A stretch of DNA of 64,000 nt from Acutalibacteraceae bacterium (GCA_036307305.1 JAXJXV010000021.1:68276-132275); one strand, 5' to 3'; positions 34,647 to 46,307 are shown, counted from the stretch's first letter. Notes: a model not told the origin generated them from the letters alone. Translations and numbers: made by a program.

Positions 34647-36020
34647 ATGGCAAGAGATAGTTTTAAATCGCGTCTTGGCTTTATACTTGTTAGCGCTGGC
34701 TGTGCTATAGGTATAGGCAACGTATGGCGCTTCCCTTACGTTACGGGACAAAACGGCGGCGGTATTTTTGTAATTTTCTATTTACTGTTTTTGCTGACTA
34801 TGGGTATTCCTGTTCTTACAATGGAATTAGCTGTGGGCAGAGCAAGTAAAAAAAGCGCATTACAGGCTTTTAAAACCTTAGAGAAGCCTAAGCAGAAGTG
34901 GCATATTCACGGTTGGCTTTGTATGATTGGCTGTTACATTCTTATGATGTATTACACAACCGTATCAGGCTGGATGACCAATTACTTCGTAAAATTTGCT
35001 TCAGGTACCTTCAAAAGCGGTATGACCACCGAACAGGTCAACAGTGTTTTTGCTAATATGACTGCAAATCCGCTTGAGATGGTATTATGGATGGCAATCA
35101 CCGTTATTGCAGGGTTTGTTGTATGCAGCTTCGGTCTGCAAAAGGGTGTAGAGCGTATCAGCAAGTGGATGATGTTAGCCCTTTTAGTACTTATGGTTGT
35201 TCTGGCTATTAACAGTGCAACCCTTGACGGCGGTTTGGAGGGCATTAAATATTACCTTATTCCAAGCGTTTCAAGATTACAGGAAAATAACGTTAATATA
35301 TTTGACGTTATTGTTGCGGCGATGAATCAGTCGTTCTTTACACTGAGTCTTGGTATCGGCTCTATGCAGATTTTCGGCAGCTATATGTCAAAGGATAATA
35401 CCCTTGCAGGAGAATCTGCAAGAATTTGCGTACTTGATACCTTTGTTGCCCTTATGTCTGGTATGATTATTTTCCCTGCATGTTTTGCATATAATGTAGA
35501 TGTAAATGCAGGACCTCCTCTTATTTTCCAGACGTTGCCTAACGTATTTCTTAATATGCCTATGGGCAGGGTATGGGGCGCACTTTTCTTTGTATTTATG
35601 ACCTTTGCAAGTTTTTCTACAGTTCTTGCCGTGTTTGAGAATTTACAGGCTAATCTTATGGACAACCTTGGCTGGAGCAGAAAAAAGGCTTCTGTTGTAA
35701 ACGGTATTGCTATGCTTGTTTTAAGTACCCCCTGTGCGTTAGGTTTTAACCTGCTTAGTGGCATAAATCTCGGTGGTAAGAATATACTTGATATGGAAGA
35801 CTTTGTGGTTAGTCAGCTTCTGTTACCTATAGGTTCACTTGTATTCCTTTTGTTCTGTGTTACAAAATGGGGCTGGGGATTTGATAAGTATATTGAAGAG
35901 GCTAATACAGGTAAGGGAACAAAGCTTCCTCATTGGCTTAAATACTATTTCCGTTTTATAGTTCCTGTTTTAATAGTTGTTATTTTTGTTGCAGGTCTTG
36001 TTAGCTTCTTTAAAGGGTAG
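34647..36020 (+). CDS. sodium-dependent transporter, neurotransmitter:sodium symporter (SNF) family
   Basis: GFILVSAGCAIGIGNVWRFPY is the hallmark NSS N-terminal motif. Multi-TM protein. Confidence 0.85.
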   Translation: MARDSFKSRLGFILVSAGCAIGIGNVWRFPYVTGQNGGGIFVIFYLLFLLTMGIPVLTMELAVGRASKKSALQAFKTLEKPKQKWHIHGWLCMIGCYILMMYYTTVSGWMTNYFVKFASGTFKSGMTTEQVNSVFANMTANPLEMVLWMAITVIAGFVVCSFGLQKGVERISKWMMLALLVLMVVLAINSATLDGGLEGIKYYLIPSVSRLQENNVNIFDVIVAAMNQSFFTLSLGIGSMQIFGSYMSKDNTLAGESARICVLDTFVALMSGMIIFPACFAYNVDVNAGPPLIFQTLPNVFLNMPMGRVWGALFFVFMTFASFSTVLAVFENLQANLMDNLGWSRKKASVVNGIAMLVLSTPCALGFNLLSGINLGGKNILDMEDFVVSQLLLPIGSLVFLLFCVTKWGWGFDKYIEEANTGKGTKLPHWLKYYFRFIVPVLIVVIFVAGLVSFFKG

Positions 36021-36027
36021 TGATTTT

Positions 36028-36528
36028 ATGTTCAGAGATATTTGCGTAAAGGATTTTAAGGAAAATATCATTGATATTATTTCAAAGGAGTATATGCTTA
36101 TTACCGCAGGAAACGGTATGAATTATAATATGATGACGGCTTCCTGGGGCTTTATGGGTGAAATGTGGGGAGAGGACAGCGTTGCTGTTGTTGTCCGTCC
36201 ATCTCGTTATACAATGGAGTTTTTGGATAATAATGAATATTTTACCCTTACTTTCTTTGGGGATAATAAAGATATACATAAAATCTGTGGAAGTAAAACG
36301 GGACGGGAGGTAAACAAAACCTCTCTTACAGGGCTTACCCCTGTTTCTGACGGTAAATGCGTGTGGTTCGACGAAGCCCGTCTTGTATTTAAAATTAAAA
36401 AGAAATACGTACAGCCTATGTCAAAGGAATTTCTGACTGATAAATCGGTAGATGAAAAGTGGTATGGAGACGGCGACTGGCACAATCTTATAATAGGTTC
36501 CATAGAGCGTATATACGTGAAAGAATAA
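36028..36528 (+). CDS. flavin reductase-like (split-barrel FMN-binding) family protein
   Basis: The pattern LITAGNGMNYNMMTASWGFMGEMWGEDSVAVVVRPSRYT fits this family. The start is taken at MFRDI. Confidence 0.5.
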   Translation: MFRDICVKDFKENIIDIISKEYMLITAGNGMNYNMMTASWGFMGEMWGEDSVAVVVRPSRYTMEFLDNNEYFTLTFFGDNKDIHKICGSKTGREVNKTSLTGLTPVSDGKCVWFDEARLVFKIKKKYVQPMSKEFLTDKSVDEKWYGDGDWHNLIIGSIERIYVKE

Positions 36529-36534
36529 ATATGT

Positions 36535-36562
36535 AAAAAAAGCGGATTTCTCCGCTTTTTAT
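36535..36562 (+). terminator. rho-independent terminator
   Basis: aagcgga-tttc-tccgctt followed by ttt. Confidence 0.7.
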
Positions 36563-36870
36563 TAATATAAAGAACAAATTGTACATATAATAGTAATAAT
36601 TACGGAATTTTTTTAAAATCTAAATATATGCATATTTTGAAAAAACAAAAAAATTTTGCGTATATATTGTGGTTTTTAGTAAAAAAAGCCTTCAAAAACT
36701 GACCTTTTCCCCCACTTTACAATTTTTGGAGGGCAAAACTGTGGATTTGCACAAGCTAAATGGTAAAAATTGGTAAATAATCAAGAAATGACAAAGGTTA
36801 CAAGGTTGTAACTTTTTGATTTTTGTTCATAATTTGTGCAGTTTTAACAAAACGCACCCCACTTTTTTGT

Positions 36871-36898
36871 TTGACATTTGAATAAATCGTGGTATAAT
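36871..36898 (+). promoter_or_regulatory. sigma-A promoter with an extended -10
   Basis: TTGACA, a 16-nt spacer, then TGgTATAAT. Confidence 0.6.
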
Positions 36899-36986
36899 TA
36901 CAAACGTTGCACTAAGACGAGACCTAATTCGTCCTAAAAACAACTACTCACGGAAGCCTTTTTCTGTGATAAATTAAGGAGATTTT

Positions 36987-37895
36987 ATGTTAAAGAAAAG
37001 TAAGCGTTATGCTCGCAAAGTTATGGACTATGCAAGAGAGCACACACGCCGTATCGGTCTTATCGGTATGAGCGTTCTCATAGCAGCCGTTACAACGCTG
37101 TTTTGTCTGTCTGTCAACGTAGTATCCATTTCCGACGGAACAAACACTCACACTTTATATACTCTCAAAAGTGACGTTCGTGGAATTTTAGGTTACGCAG
37201 GTTATCTTGGCAACTACAACGTTGTGAATACCGACCGTGACGGAAATAAGCTCTCAATTGAAGTTGTGGAAACCTTTCCCGTATATATAACCTACGGTGA
37301 TAAAACCATAACTCACATTACCGCACCTTCAACTGTAGATGATATTCTGCTTAACGCAGGTGTTGAAATTAAGGATGACGATATTTTATCGGTTGATTTA
37401 AATGAATTAATTGATAAAGAAACCTATATTGATATCGTTCCTGCACCAGAGGAGAAGGAGGAAGTAAAGACCTCCTATAATAATCACAATTCAATTACGG
37501 CATCTGCTCCCGTTGCCACTACCGTTTCTGCAAACGGCGCAATTTCTACTCTTGTTCCTGATATTGATATCGTACTTGACGAAAACGGAATTCCTGTTAA
37601 TTATACAGGGGTAAGTCGTGTTCAGGCTACTGCATATACCTATACAGGTTACCGTTGCGCAACAGGTGTTAATCCACAGCCCGGATATATTGCAGTAAAT
37701 CCTAAGATTATTCCTTACGGAACAAAGATGTATATTGTTTCTGCAGACGGAAAATACGTATACGGTTATGCTATTGCTGCCGATACGGGCGGATACGTAA
37801 AGAGTCGTCCTACAAACGTCGACTTGTTTATGGAAACCAATGCTGCATGTAAAATGTTCGGAAGAAGAGACGTAATTATTTATTTTCTTGAGTGA
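36987..37895 (+). CDS. 3D-domain cell-wall-associated protein (YabE/Rpf-like architecture)
   Basis: N-terminal TM anchor. The C-terminal part VQATAYTYTGYRCATGVNPQPGYIAVNPKIIPYGTKMYI...AADTGG is a 3D-domain pattern. Confidence 0.7.
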   Translation: MLKKSKRYARKVMDYAREHTRRIGLIGMSVLIAAVTTLFCLSVNVVSISDGTNTHTLYTLKSDVRGILGYAGYLGNYNVVNTDRDGNKLSIEVVETFPVYITYGDKTITHITAPSTVDDILLNAGVEIKDDDILSVDLNELIDKETYIDIVPAPEEKEEVKTSYNNHNSITASAPVATTVSANGAISTLVPDIDIVLDENGIPVNYTGVSRVQATAYTYTGYRCATGVNPQPGYIAVNPKIIPYGTKMYIVSADGKYVYGYAIAADTGGYVKSRPTNVDLFMETNAACKMFGRRDVIIYFLE

Positions 37896-37900
37896 TAACA

Positions 37901-37941
37901 AAAAACTGTTATGAGAAAATTCTCATAACAGTTTTTCTTTT
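37901..37941 (+). terminator. rho-independent terminator
   Basis: aaaactgttatgaga-aaat-tctcataacagtttt followed by tcttttt. Confidence 0.8.
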
Positions 37942-38029
37942 TATAACACAAGACGATATATAAATTTGTTGAAAATAAAGTCGTATTATGGTATAATATG
38001 TTAAAATACTTTTTTGAAAGGGGTATAAT

Positions 38030-39322
38030 ATGGAGAAATTAAAATATGGCTATAACAAAGAGCAGTATAAAAAATTTACTTTTAATTCGTGGAAGTATCT
38101 GCTGTTGTTTTCCTTACTTTACTGTACACATTACTGTACGAGACTAAATTTCGGTAATGCACAGGTTGAAATGAGCTTGAGTGAGGCTCAGATAGGCATT
38201 ATTACAAGTACGCTGTTCTGGACCTACGGAATAGGACATCTTGTAAACGGCAGACTTGGTGAAATTTTCGGTATACGACGATTTATAATTTTATCTGTTT
38301 TTCTTTCGGCGGTTACCAATATAATAATGGGCTTTCAGAGTTCTTTTATTATAATGGTGATTCTATGGGGATTAAACGGATATTTTCAGTCAATGGCCTG
38401 GTCGCCCGGAATAGCTTCGCTGACTGCTTGGTGGCCCGGTGATAAACGTGGTTTTGCAACAGGCTTTGCTAATGCTTTTTCAGGATTCGGTCAGGTACTT
38501 GCTTCTCTTATGGTAGCTCTTGCCTTTACGGTATTTAATAATAACTGGCGCTGGGCATTTTTCTTACCTGCGTTTGTACCGCTTCTTATGTTGGTGGTCT
38601 ATATGATTTTTGCTAAATCAGGACCTAAGAGCGTGGGACTTGAGGACTATAAGGAAGATGATGGTGAAAAAGCCGAAAAAGAAAATGAAATGTCTGAGAT
38701 TTCAAAATCCAAAGGCGCATTGTTTCCTTATATACATCTTTTCACAAACAAAACCTTCCTTGTATGGATGTTTGTTGTTTTTGCATCAGGAGTGGCAAGA
38801 TACGGTCTTGTTACGTGGATTCCTAAATATTTCAAAGAGGAAATGGGTCTTACCAGTGTGGCAAGCTTACTCAGTTCTACCATACTTCCTATAGGTATGG
38901 GTATAGGTACTCTTCTGGTACCTGCTTTAACCGATAAATTCTGTCCCAATAACCGATTGCTCGCAAGTGTGGTGAGTGGTATAGCGGCAGGCGTTTGTAT
39001 TATGGGATTCTCCTTGCTTCAGCCTACAGGCTTTCAGTTTGTTCTTATGATGATTCTGCTTTTCCTAGCCGGTTTCTTCATTTATGCAATAAATGGAATC
39101 GTATGGGCTTATGCGGCTGATGTTGGAGGAAGAGTTTTTGCAAGTACCGCTTCGGGAATACTTGATTTTGCCGCGTATATGGGAGCTGCAATTCAGTCTA
39201 TGGTATATGGCTTTATTTTAGGCGATGGCAAATGGAACGTGCTGTTTATTTCGGTTGCAGTATTTTGTGTAGTAATATCTATTGTAAGTATTATGGCGTC
39301 ATTCAAAAAGAAAAAAGCATAA
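38030..39322 (+). CDS. MFS transporter (organophosphate:Pi antiporter-like)
   Basis: 430 aa with 12 TM helices. GRLGEIFGIRRF is an MFS loop 2-3 motif. Confidence 0.7.
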   Translation: MEKLKYGYNKEQYKKFTFNSWKYLLLFSLLYCTHYCTRLNFGNAQVEMSLSEAQIGIITSTLFWTYGIGHLVNGRLGEIFGIRRFIILSVFLSAVTNIIMGFQSSFIIMVILWGLNGYFQSMAWSPGIASLTAWWPGDKRGFATGFANAFSGFGQVLASLMVALAFTVFNNNWRWAFFLPAFVPLLMLVVYMIFAKSGPKSVGLEDYKEDDGEKAEKENEMSEISKSKGALFPYIHLFTNKTFLVWMFVVFASGVARYGLVTWIPKYFKEEMGLTSVASLLSSTILPIGMGIGTLLVPALTDKFCPNNRLLASVVSGIAAGVCIMGFSLLQPTGFQFVLMMILLFLAGFFIYAINGIVWAYAADVGGRVFASTASGILDFAAYMGAAIQSMVYGFILGDGKWNVLFISVAVFCVVISIVSIMASFKKKKA

Positions 39323-39326
39323 AACA

Positions 39327-39355
39327 AAACCGCGTATCATTTGATACGCGGTTTT
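39327..39355. terminator. bidirectional terminator
   Basis: aaaaccgcgtatca-tt-tgatacgcggtttt. Confidence 0.8.
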
Positions 39356-39359
39356 ACTT

Positions 39360-40367
39360 TTAGTATGGCGCGGGACTGTTTTTTACAGCTTCAAGAAGTT
39401 CGCTTAATGAGCCCTTTGCAAGACCGATATGTTCATCAGCCGCACCGTAGTAAATTCTTATTTCATCTTTCTCTTCGTCAGCTATAGCGCCGCAGGGGAA
39501 TACAACGTTAGCAACTCTGCCTTCTGTTTCAAATGGCTCTGTTGGGGTTAAAATCCAACGGTCGAGAAGTCCAATGATTTTTGACGGGTCGTTGATATCA
39601 AGAAGCATAGCGCCGATGGAATAGCAGAATTCTCCCTTTTCTTTCCATACGCCGTGAATGATTTCGAGCCAACCGTCCTTTGTTTTGATTGGAGGAGTAG
39701 GACCTATTTTCCAGTTAGAAAACGAAACGCTTTCGGGGTATAGAAGGGGACGGTGGTGTCCCCAGTAAACAAGGTCGGGAGAATAGGACAGCCACATACT
39801 TGCTCTAAGAGCGTCGGTATCGGGAATCTGGTCAGGCTCTTCAGGGTCGTGAATATTATAGGGACGGTCGATTCTTACGTAAAGACCGTTTATTTTTTCG
39901 GGGAAAAGACAGGGTACGCGGTTTGCAGGAAGAGCAACACAGTCAATAAACTCTGCAGACTCAAAATCCTTTGTTTTATAGAGAAGTGCACTTGGACCGC
40001 TTCCTCTTACCTGACCGGGACGGATAATATAATATGTATCGTCGATTTTTGTTACTCTGGGGTCAATTACCCAATTATCAAAGCTACCCGGACAGTTACC
40101 ACTCCAATTATCACTTAAAAATAAGGGCTTGGGATTAATATCAAAATTAACACCGTCATCGCTTTTTGCAACGTGGATACCGCATAAACTACCATTTATG
40201 GGTTCTTTGTAAAAAGCTGCAATAAGTAAAAGGGTTTTACCTTCGAACATTGTTTGTCCGCAGTTGAAAACGGCATGAGTATCAAGAGGGAAATCTTTTT
40301 TTGTTATAATTGGATTTTTTTCATTACGATGCATAATATATTCATCGCCTCTAAATCTGGTAATCAT
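39360..40367 (-). CDS. GH130-family glycoside phosphorylase-like protein (beta-mannoside phosphorylase type)
   Basis: The pattern NPIITKKDFP...HAVFNCGQTMFEGKTLLLIAAF...VVFPCGAI fits GH130. The start is the ATG at 40367, preceded by aaggaga. Confidence 0.65.
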   Translation of the reverse strand: MITRFRGDEYIMHRNEKNPIITKKDFPLDTHAVFNCGQTMFEGKTLLLIAAFYKEPINGSLCGIHVAKSDDGVNFDINPKPLFLSDNWSGNCPGSFDNWVIDPRVTKIDDTYYIIRPGQVRGSGPSALLYKTKDFESAEFIDCVALPANRVPCLFPEKINGLYVRIDRPYNIHDPEEPDQIPDTDALRASMWLSYSPDLVYWGHHRPLLYPESVSFSNWKIGPTPPIKTKDGWLEIIHGVWKEKGEFCYSIGAMLLDINDPSKIIGLLDRWILTPTEPFETEGRVANVVFPCGAIADEEKDEIRIYYGAADEHIGLAKGSLSELLEAVKNSPAPY

Positions 40368-40636
40368 AGTAATTCTCCTTTGTGACTTGTTGTTCAAATT
40401 ATAACATATACGACAATAAATGTCAATTATAAAACATTAATGCACAATAGAATATATACGGCAAAGATTTTTTGTTCAATATTTGCCGTTTTTGTATTAT
40501 TTTGTATATTTTCTATAATATATGGTAATGATTTAGAATAAAATTAATCAAAAATCCACTAAAATAACTTGAAATTTAGAGTAATGTCTGTTATCATAAA
40601 TACGTGATAGATAATAGCTGTTGTTAAGAGGTAGTG

Positions 40637-42505
40637 ATGAATGTGAATGATAAAAGCTTTTACAGCGAAATAATATATAATGCTTACGAGTTATTTGGCT
40701 CTTTTTACAGTGAAGAAGCAACTACGTTCAGAGTATGGGCTCCCAATGCTGATGCCGTATCGGTAGTCGGCGATTTTAACGATTGGAACGGGTATGCCAA
40801 TATAATGCTTAGAGGCGAAAACGGTACCTTTGAAGTAACTGTGCCAAACGTTAAAATATATGATAATTATAAATACGCTATTACAAAGGGTGAAACTACG
40901 GTATTAAAGGCTGACCCTTATGCTCATCATTTTGAAACTGCTCCCGCTACAAGTTCTAAAGTTTATAAGGATGCATATAAATGGAAAGATAGTAAATGGC
41001 TAGAAAAAAGAAACAAACAAAATATATACGAGTCGCCCGTAAACGTTTACGAAGTGCATTTAGGCTCTTTTAAAACCAACGCTGACGGCTCGGTGATGAA
41101 CTATGTTGATATAGCAAAAGAGCTATGCGGATACGTTTCTGAAATGGGATATACTCATATAGAGCTTATGCCAGTTACCGAGTATCCTTTTGACGGCTCA
41201 TGGGGTTATCAGGTAAGCGGATATTACGCTCCTACCTCCCGTTACGGTACTCCTGAAGATTTTAAAAAGTTTGTGGATATTATGCATAGCGCCGGAATAG
41301 GAGTTATTCTTGACTGGGTACCTGCTCATTTCCCGAAGGACGAACCCTTTCTTTACCGTTTTGACGGTACGCCTCTTTATGAGTACAGCGATGAAAGAAA
41401 AGGTCTTCATAAGGAATGGGGAACTGCGGTCTTTGATTTCGGAAAGGTAGAGGTAATGAATTTCCTTATAGGCAGCGCGTGTTACTGGCTTAAGGAGTAT
41501 CATATAGACGGACTGAGAGTTGATGCCGTTGCTTCTATGCTTTATCTTGATTACGGCAGACAGGACGGACAGTGGCTTCCTAATTCTTACGGAGGCAGAG
41601 AAAATCTTGAAGCGGTGGAGCTTTTAAGACAAATTAATACCGCGGCGTTTTCTGTTAATCCATCGGTAATGATGATTGCAGAGGAGTCAACGGCTTGGCC
41701 TATGGTAACTAAGCCTGTCTGTGACGGGGGTCTTGGATTTAACTTTAAATGGAATATGGGCTGGATGAACGATATGTTGAGATATACTTCTCTTGACCCG
41801 CTGTTCAGAAAGCATCACCACAATAATCTGACTTTTTCTTTCTTTTATGCATTCAGTGAAAACTTCGTGCTTCCTATATCTCATGATGAGGTTGTACACG
41901 GAAAATGCTCAATGATAAACAAAATGCCCGGTGATTACGATACTAAATTTGCAGGACTCAGGACCTTTTATGCATATATGATGGCGCATCCCGGTAAAAA
42001 GCATTTGTTTATGGGACAAGAGTTTGCTCAGTTTGTTGAATGGGATTATAAAAAACAGCTTGATTGGTTTTTAACCGACTATGAGGCTCATAAGAAAATG
42101 CAGGAATACTGTAAAGCACTTAATAAATTCTATCTTAAAAATCCTGCCTTGTTCGAGATTGATTATTCTTGGGAGGGCTTTAGCTGGATAGCCAATGACG
42201 ACTACAATCAAAGTGTAATTGCATTCAGGAGAATAGCCAAGGACAATAGTGAAATTATAGCGGTATGTAACTTTGTTCCTGTAGAGCGTGAGGATTACCG
42301 TATAGGAGTAACCGAGGCAGGAAGCTATAAAACTGTATTTTCTACCGACTGGACGGAGTTTGGAGGCAACGGTGAAAAGAACAATCTATCCGTTAAAAGT
42401 CAAAAAATAGAAATGCACGGCTGTGAAAACAGTATCTCTCTAAAACTACCTGCCCTTAGCGTTATATATCTTAAACGAAATACAAGAAAAATTAATTCTA
42501 AATAA
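40637..42505 (+). CDS. glgB: 1,4-alpha-glucan branching enzyme
   Basis: GH13 motifs: GYTHIELMPV, DWVPAHF, GLRVDAVASM, MIAEESTAWP, LPISHDEVVHGK. Confidence 0.95.
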   Translation: MNVNDKSFYSEIIYNAYELFGSFYSEEATTFRVWAPNADAVSVVGDFNDWNGYANIMLRGENGTFEVTVPNVKIYDNYKYAITKGETTVLKADPYAHHFETAPATSSKVYKDAYKWKDSKWLEKRNKQNIYESPVNVYEVHLGSFKTNADGSVMNYVDIAKELCGYVSEMGYTHIELMPVTEYPFDGSWGYQVSGYYAPTSRYGTPEDFKKFVDIMHSAGIGVILDWVPAHFPKDEPFLYRFDGTPLYEYSDERKGLHKEWGTAVFDFGKVEVMNFLIGSACYWLKEYHIDGLRVDAVASMLYLDYGRQDGQWLPNSYGGRENLEAVELLRQINTAAFSVNPSVMMIAEESTAWPMVTKPVCDGGLGFNFKWNMGWMNDMLRYTSLDPLFRKHHHNNLTFSFFYAFSENFVLPISHDEVVHGKCSMINKMPGDYDTKFAGLRTFYAYMMAHPGKKHLFMGQEFAQFVEWDYKKQLDWFLTDYEAHKKMQEYCKALNKFYLKNPALFEIDYSWEGFSWIANDDYNQSVIAFRRIAKDNSEIIAVCNFVPVEREDYRIGVTEAGSYKTVFSTDWTEFGGNGEKNNLSVKSQKIEMHGCENSISLKLPALSVIYLKRNTRKINSK

Positions 42506-42515
42506 TTGATGTGGA

Positions 42516-43742
42516 GTGAGAGCTTTGAAAAAGAACGAATGTGTTGCAATGCTACTTGCAGGAGGTCAGGGTAGTCGACTTGGTGTGCTGACTCAGAAGA
42601 TTGCAAAACCAGCAGTTGCCTATGGCGGAAAGTACAGGATTATAGATTTTCCTCTTTCCAACTGTGTTAATTCGGGTATTGATATCGTAGGTATACTTAC
42701 ACAGTATCAGCCGCTGGAGCTTAACGACTATATCGGAAGCGGTAAGCCATGGGACCTTGACAGACTCAGCGGAGGTGTGCATATTCTTCCTCCTTATCAG
42801 AAAAGCAAGGGCGGAGACTGGTATAAGGGAACTGCAAACGCTATATATCAGAACATTCATTTTATAGAAAAATATGACCCTGAGTATGTTCTTGTGCTGT
42901 CGGGTGATCATATTTATAAAATGGATTATTCAAAGATGCTCAAGGCTCATAAACAGTCGGGAGCTGACTGTACCATAGCCGTTATGGAAGTGCCGTTTGA
43001 GGAGGCTTCTCGCTTTGGTATCATGAACACTGAAGCTGACGGCACTATTTATGAATTTGAAGAAAAACCTGCAAATCCTAAAAGCAATCTTGCTTCAATG
43101 GGAATTTACGTGTTTAACTGGTCAAAGATGAGAAGCTATCTTATTGAGGATGAACGAAACAAGCAGTCTAACAACGACTTCGGCAAGGATATAATCCCTG
43201 CAATGCTCAACTCTGGAGAAAAAATGATGGCTTACAGATTTGACGGATACTGGAAGGACGTAGGTACTGTTGATTCTTTATGGGATGCAAATCTTGACTT
43301 GCTTAATCCTAAGCTTGATTTGAAGCTTGACAGCGCCGATTGGAAAATTTATTCCCGTACAGGCTGTCTGCCTCCTCAGTATATAAGCGAAAATGCAGAG
43401 GTGGAAAATTCTCTTGTAAGTGACGGCTGTGAGGTAAAGGGAAAACTTGACTTTTCCGTGCTTTTCGAAAACGTAACTATTGAGGAGGGTGCTACGGTTG
43501 AGTATTCACTGATTATGCCCGGCGCGGTGGTAAAGAAAGGCGCTCACGTGCAGTATTCTATAATTGCCGAAAACGTTAAGGTTGGCGAGGGCGCTGTTAT
43601 CGGTCAGAATCCTCAGGACGTGGTAAACCGCGATGACTGGGGTATCGCTGTTGTGGGCGACTCGGTAAAAATCGGTAAGAGGGCAGTCGTTAAGGCTAAG
43701 TCAATGATAAGCAAAAATGTGAAAGAAGGCGACGTACAATGA
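42516..43742 (+). CDS. glgC: glucose-1-phosphate adenylyltransferase
   Basis: [32 protein letters not shown], and a left-handed beta-helix C-terminal domain. The start may be the TTG at 42525. Confidence 0.9.
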   Translation: MRALKKNECVAMLLAGGQGSRLGVLTQKIAKPAVAYGGKYRIIDFPLSNCVNSGIDIVGILTQYQPLELNDYIGSGKPWDLDRLSGGVHILPPYQKSKGGDWYKGTANAIYQNIHFIEKYDPEYVLVLSGDHIYKMDYSKMLKAHKQSGADCTIAVMEVPFEEASRFGIMNTEADGTIYEFEEKPANPKSNLASMGIYVFNWSKMRSYLIEDERNKQSNNDFGKDIIPAMLNSGEKMMAYRFDGYWKDVGTVDSLWDANLDLLNPKLDLKLDSADWKIYSRTGCLPPQYISENAEVENSLVSDGCEVKGKLDFSVLFENVTIEEGATVEYSLIMPGAVVKKGAHVQYSIIAENVKVGEGAVIGQNPQDVVNRDDWGIAVVGDSVKIGKRAVVKAKSMISKNVKEGDVQ

Positions 43743-44860
43743 GAACAAATAATATACTCGGCATAGTATTTGCCAACGTTCACGACCATTTATTACCTAA
43801 TCTTACAGAAAGGCGTTCTATGGCTTCTGTGCCATTCGGCGCACGTTACCGTCTGATTGACTTTACTCTGTCTAATCTTACTAATGCGGGAATCAGTCAG
43901 GTGGGCGTAATAACAAAGGAAAATTATCAGTCTCTTATGGACCATATCGGAAGTGGTAGAGAATGGGACCTTGACAGAAAATCAGGTGGACTTTTTATAC
44001 TTCCTCCTTTTGTTTCGGGCGGTATAGATAACGGTGTATATAATAACCATCTTGAAGCGCTTGGTTCTGTACTGAATTTCCTGAAACGCGCTAAACAGGA
44101 CTATGTAATTATTTGTGACAGCGACCTTATTGCTAACGTAGATATTGAGGAAATGTTCAGACAGCATATTGAAAATGAGGCTGATTTCACTCTTGCTTAT
44201 AAATACGGTAAGCTGCCTAAAAATCACGAGAAAACAATGGTATTTTCTTTGTCTGATAATAAGCGGATTGAAAAAATTGAGTATATTAAAGAAAGAGCTA
44301 ACAGAGAATTCAGCCTTGATATACTTCTTACGAAACGAAGCTTTCTTATTGAGATTATTGAGAATGCGTTTAAAAACGGTCAGAAAAGTCTGTCAAGGGA
44401 TATATTGGCTCCAAACGTTAATAAGTATAAGATTATGGGGTATAAGGTTGAGGGCTTTGCCGAGGTTATGGATGACCCTAAAAGCTATTACGACCTTAAT
44501 ATGAAAATGCTTGACAGCAAGGTAAGAAAAGAGCTGTTTAACGCGCAAAGACCTATTTACACTAAAACCCACGACAGTATGCCCGCAAAATACTGCATAG
44601 GCAGTCAGGTTAAAAATTCTCTTATTGCAGACGGCTGCGTAATTGAGGGAACCGTAAAAAACAGTATTGTTTTCAGAAACGTTGTGGTCAAAAAGGGTGC
44701 CGTTGTGGAAAATGCTATAATAATGCAGAACGCCGTTATCGGTGAAAATGCAAAGGTGTCCTACGCTGTAATGGATAAAATCTCTGTAGTACAGGATAAC
44801 GGAGTTCTTGAAGGAACAAAGCAAAAAGTAATATTGCTTAAAAAGGGAGAAACAATATAA
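43739..44860 (+). CDS. glgD: glucose-1-phosphate adenylyltransferase regulatory subunit
   Basis: A GlgC paralogue lacking the GGxGxRL motif (GIVFANVHD...[16 protein letters not shown]). It overlaps the glgC stop. Confidence 0.85.
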   Translation: MRTNNILGIVFANVHDHLLPNLTERRSMASVPFGARYRLIDFTLSNLTNAGISQVGVITKENYQSLMDHIGSGREWDLDRKSGGLFILPPFVSGGIDNGVYNNHLEALGSVLNFLKRAKQDYVIICDSDLIANVDIEEMFRQHIENEADFTLAYKYGKLPKNHEKTMVFSLSDNKRIEKIEYIKERANREFSLDILLTKRSFLIEIIENAFKNGQKSLSRDILAPNVNKYKIMGYKVEGFAEVMDDPKSYYDLNMKMLDSKVRKELFNAQRPIYTKTHDSMPAKYCIGSQVKNSLIADGCVIEGTVKNSIVFRNVVVKKGAVVENAIIMQNAVIGENAKVSYAVMDKISVVQDNGVLEGTKQKVILLKKGETI

Positions 44861-44885
44861 CCGTAAAAAGAAAGGGATGAAATAA

Positions 44886-46307
44886 ATGAAAATTTTATAC
44901 GCGGCAAGTGAGGCTTATCCATTTGCTATGTCGGGCGGTCTTGCTGACGTTGCCGGTTCTTTGCCTAAAGCGCTTCGAAGAAGACTTGTGGGCTGTAGAG
45001 TGGTTATGCCTTTATATGAATGTATTTCAGAAGAGCTGAGAGCAAATATGAATTTTATAACGGGGATTACCGTTCCTGTTGCCTGGCGCAGACAGTACTG
45101 CGGTATTTTTGAGGCAAAGGTTGACGGTGTAGTTTATTATCTTCTTGATAATCAGTACTATTTTAAGCGTAACAGTCTTTACGGCTTTTATGACGATGCC
45201 GAGCGTTTTGCTTTCTTTTCACGCGCTGTACTTGAAATGTTGCAGTATATTGACTATAAACCTGATATTATTCACTGTAACGACTGGCAAACGGCTCTTA
45301 TTCCCGTTTTCCTTAATACTCTTTACAGAGAAAACGAAATACACAGGGATATCCGTACCGTTTTCACGATTCATAATATTCAGTATCAGGGTAAATACGG
45401 ATATGAGCTTATTGATGACGTTCTTGGTCTTCCCGGCGGCTCTGCGCAGGTAATCGACTATGACAACTGCGTTAACTTTATGAAGGGCGGAATTCAGGAG
45501 GCTGACAGAGTAACAACCGTTTCTCCCACCTATGCAAGAGAAATTCTCGACCCCTATTATTCTCACGGTCTTGACGGAATTCTCCGTGATTTACAGGGCA
45601 AGGTATCAGGTATTGTTAACGGTATTGATACTGAGGTGTATAATCCCGCAACAGACTCTAATATTTTTGAGAATTTTGACAGCGAGTCTATTGATAAAAA
45701 GAAAATCAATAAGCTTGGTCTGCAAAAGGAAATGGGACTGCCTGAGAGAGAAGACGTTGCCGTTATCGGCATAGTTACAAGACTTGTTAAGCACAAAGGA
45801 CTTGACCTTGTAAAGCACGTTTTCGAGGATATGTTGGCGGCTGACGTGCAGTTTGCTATTCTTGGAAGCGGTGAGTGGGAATTTGAAACCTTCTTCCACG
45901 AAATGTCACAGAAGTATCCCCAAAAGGTTGCCTTCAGAATGGGCTTTATACCTGCACTTGCCAGAAAAATTTATGCAGGTGCCGATATATTCCTCATGCC
46001 AAGTCAGAGTGAGCCTTGCGGTCTTGCTCAGATGGTGGCGCTTCGTTACGGAACTATTCCCATTGTAAGAGCTACGGGTGGACTTGCCGATACTATTCAG
46101 GACAGCGGCGATAATATGGGTAATGGCTTTACCTTCCAGAGCTACAATGCTCACGATATGCTTGAAACTGTATGGCGCGCCCTTCAGGGCTACAGCGATA
46201 AACAGGGCTGGAATACTCTTAAAAAACGCGCTATGGAATGTGATAACAGCTGGGGTAAATCTGCTGGAGAATATATAAAGCTTTATAAACAAATACTTGG
46301 AAAATAG
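44886..46307 (+). CDS. glgA: glycogen synthase (ADP-glucose type)
   Basis: MKILYAASEAYPFAMSGGLADV, HCNDWQTAL and PSQSEPCGLAQM. Confidence 0.95.
   Translation: MKILYAASEAYPFAMSGGLADVAGSLPKALRRRLVGCRVVMPLYECISEELRANMNFITGITVPVAWRRQYCGIFEAKVDGVVYYLLDNQYYFKRNSLYGFYDDAERFAFFSRAVLEMLQYIDYKPDIIHCNDWQTALIPVFLNTLYRENEIHRDIRTVFTIHNIQYQGKYGYELIDDVLGLPGGSAQVIDYDNCVNFMKGGIQEADRVTTVSPTYAREILDPYYSHGLDGILRDLQGKVSGIVNGIDTEVYNPATDSNIFENFDSESIDKKKINKLGLQKEMGLPEREDVAVIGIVTRLVKHKGLDLVKHVFEDMLAADVQFAILGSGEWEFETFFHEMSQKYPQKVAFRMGFIPALARKIYAGADIFLMPSQSEPCGLAQMVALRYGTIPIVRATGGLADTIQDSGDNMGNGFTFQSYNAHDMLETVWRALQGYSDKQGWNTLKKRAMECDNSWGKSAGEYIKLYKQILGK

Noticed and set aside
36563-36986. A possible riboswitch (for example the c-di-AMP/ydaO type) in the long intergenic region upstream of the 3D-domain cell-wall gene.
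   Set aside because: A good promoter at 36871..36898 leaves only about 85 nt of leader, with one small hairpin. I could not find the conserved ydaO-type elements. The rest of the region looks like AT-rich spacer.
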